DNA of 63,998 nt, the filler included, from Octopus bimaculoides (taxonomy: Eukaryota), in the NCBI RefSeq assembly GCF_001194135.2. It is 6 parts of 5 records of this genome, joined end to end, with 100 filler letters (N's around TTAATTAATTAA, not from the genome) between each part and the next. Parts side by side here need not be neighbours in the genome. Positions count along the whole stretch, not along the records: positions 62,938 to 63,998 come from NC_068987.1; 5 more parts are not named here. One strand, 5' to 3'. The translations under genes and the position numbers were made by a program. Positions 63,136-63,998 of this stretch are shown one piece after another; the first letter of the stretch is position 1; every line of letters begins with the position of its first letter. The notes beneath the pieces are model-generated. The model was not told where the DNA came from, did no database searches, and worked only from the letters and a program-made list of their open reading frames with translations.

Positions 63136-63744
63136 TATCTCTAACCCACCCAATCAATTTGTATCCATCATCATATATAAAGTATAGTCTAATTACTTCT
63201 GAAGGAAGTAATTATGAAAAGCTTTCAGCCCTCACGGCTTCATCTCACAATCGGCACCGCAGTGTCAAGGTCAAAGCACTTACAGCTCGCTTGCGCAGTC
63301 GCCAAACTGTTAATAGGTACCATAAACATACATACATGGTAATGAAGTGTTTTGTGATGATCAACTGAAATTATGTGTCATTGATACTTCATGCATTATC
63401 TTGCCTTTCTGGCCTCACTTCATCGCAAGTGTATCGCTTGCACAGTAGGATGGGAGTCGCAAAGCTGCTTGTCTTCACTTAGATACATATTATAAAGACG
63501 AACACTTTGGTACTAGTCCATCAACACGAGGCTTTATACCACTTACCTCTTATACCTGTCTCTTGAGACAGATAGAAGTTATCAAACATCTTTATAGGTC
63601 GCAGTAAATACATCATGTTAGCGAAGAAAACATCCATTTATTTGACATCACTCTCTATAAGACAGTTACGATGTTTAGATAAAATATGTGGATTTCATGC
63701 ACACATAAAGTACATGTATACATACATATACATATATATACATA

Positions 63745-63998
63745 ATGGGGCCCAATTATGCCAACCTCTTTGTTGGTTACATTGAGGCCCAAGTATTCTC
63801 CCAATTCTCCGGTCCGACCCCGGAACTATACGGTCGCTACATAGATGACTGTATAGGAGCCACCTCCCTCTCCCGCGAACAGCTCTGCCTTTTCATCTCC
63901 TTCCTCTCTAACTTCCACCCCGCTCTTGACTTTACTTCCACCATCTCTGACACCTCTGTCAACTTCCTCGACATCTCTCTTTCTATCAACCCCCCCCC
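63745..63998 (+). mobile_element. Penelope-like element reverse transcriptase fragment, open to window end
   Basis: 84 stop-free codons MGPNYANLFVGYIEAQVFSQFSGPTPELYGRYIDDCIGATSLSREQLCLFISFLSNFHPALDFTSTISDTSVNFLDISLSINPP. They carry the PLE RT motifs (MG)PxYANLF, YxRYIDD, FHPxLxFT and FLD. Missing from the ORF track because there is no stop before the window end. Confidence 0.88.

Overview
Eukaryotic, AT-rich, microsatellite-dense genomic DNA, most likely from a coleoid cephalopod (Octopus-like; inferred from the SINE families and simple-repeat load). The window is not contiguous. Five identical 100-bp artificial linkers (N44-TTAATTAATTAA-N44) join six scaffolds: 1-16913, 17014-39944, 40045-49921, 50022-60732, 60833-62837 and 62938-63998. 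Scaffold 1 is dominated by a ~10-kb array of a 33-bp minisatellite (~285 sequenced units) with a small alphabet of variant monomers and a ~1.15-1.25-kb higher-order repeat. It is followed by a nested inverted-repeat element containing a telomere-repeat hairpin, and by an internally deleted REL-type retroelement. Scaffold 2 holds the only well-supported gene. Seven minus-strand GT-AG exons splice in frame into ~295 aa resembling CCDC162 (recalled similarity, not searched), and none of them is called correctly by the ORF track. Its introns contain two Helitrons flanking one exon, CR1-like, RTE and mariner fragments, MITEs and many tRNA-derived SINEs. The remaining scaffolds are simple repeats (a 5-kb G-skewed triplet domain and a 0.7-kb polypurine tract), SINEs, a decayed Tc1/mariner transposase and, at the right edge, an uninterrupted Penelope-type reverse transcriptase fragment. 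No rRNA, tRNA gene or CRISPR array is supported. Almost all listed ORFs are by-products of repeats or N-runs. I found no demonstrably new biological system; the best leads are the structured minisatellite, the telomeric hairpin element and the Helitron-flanked exon.
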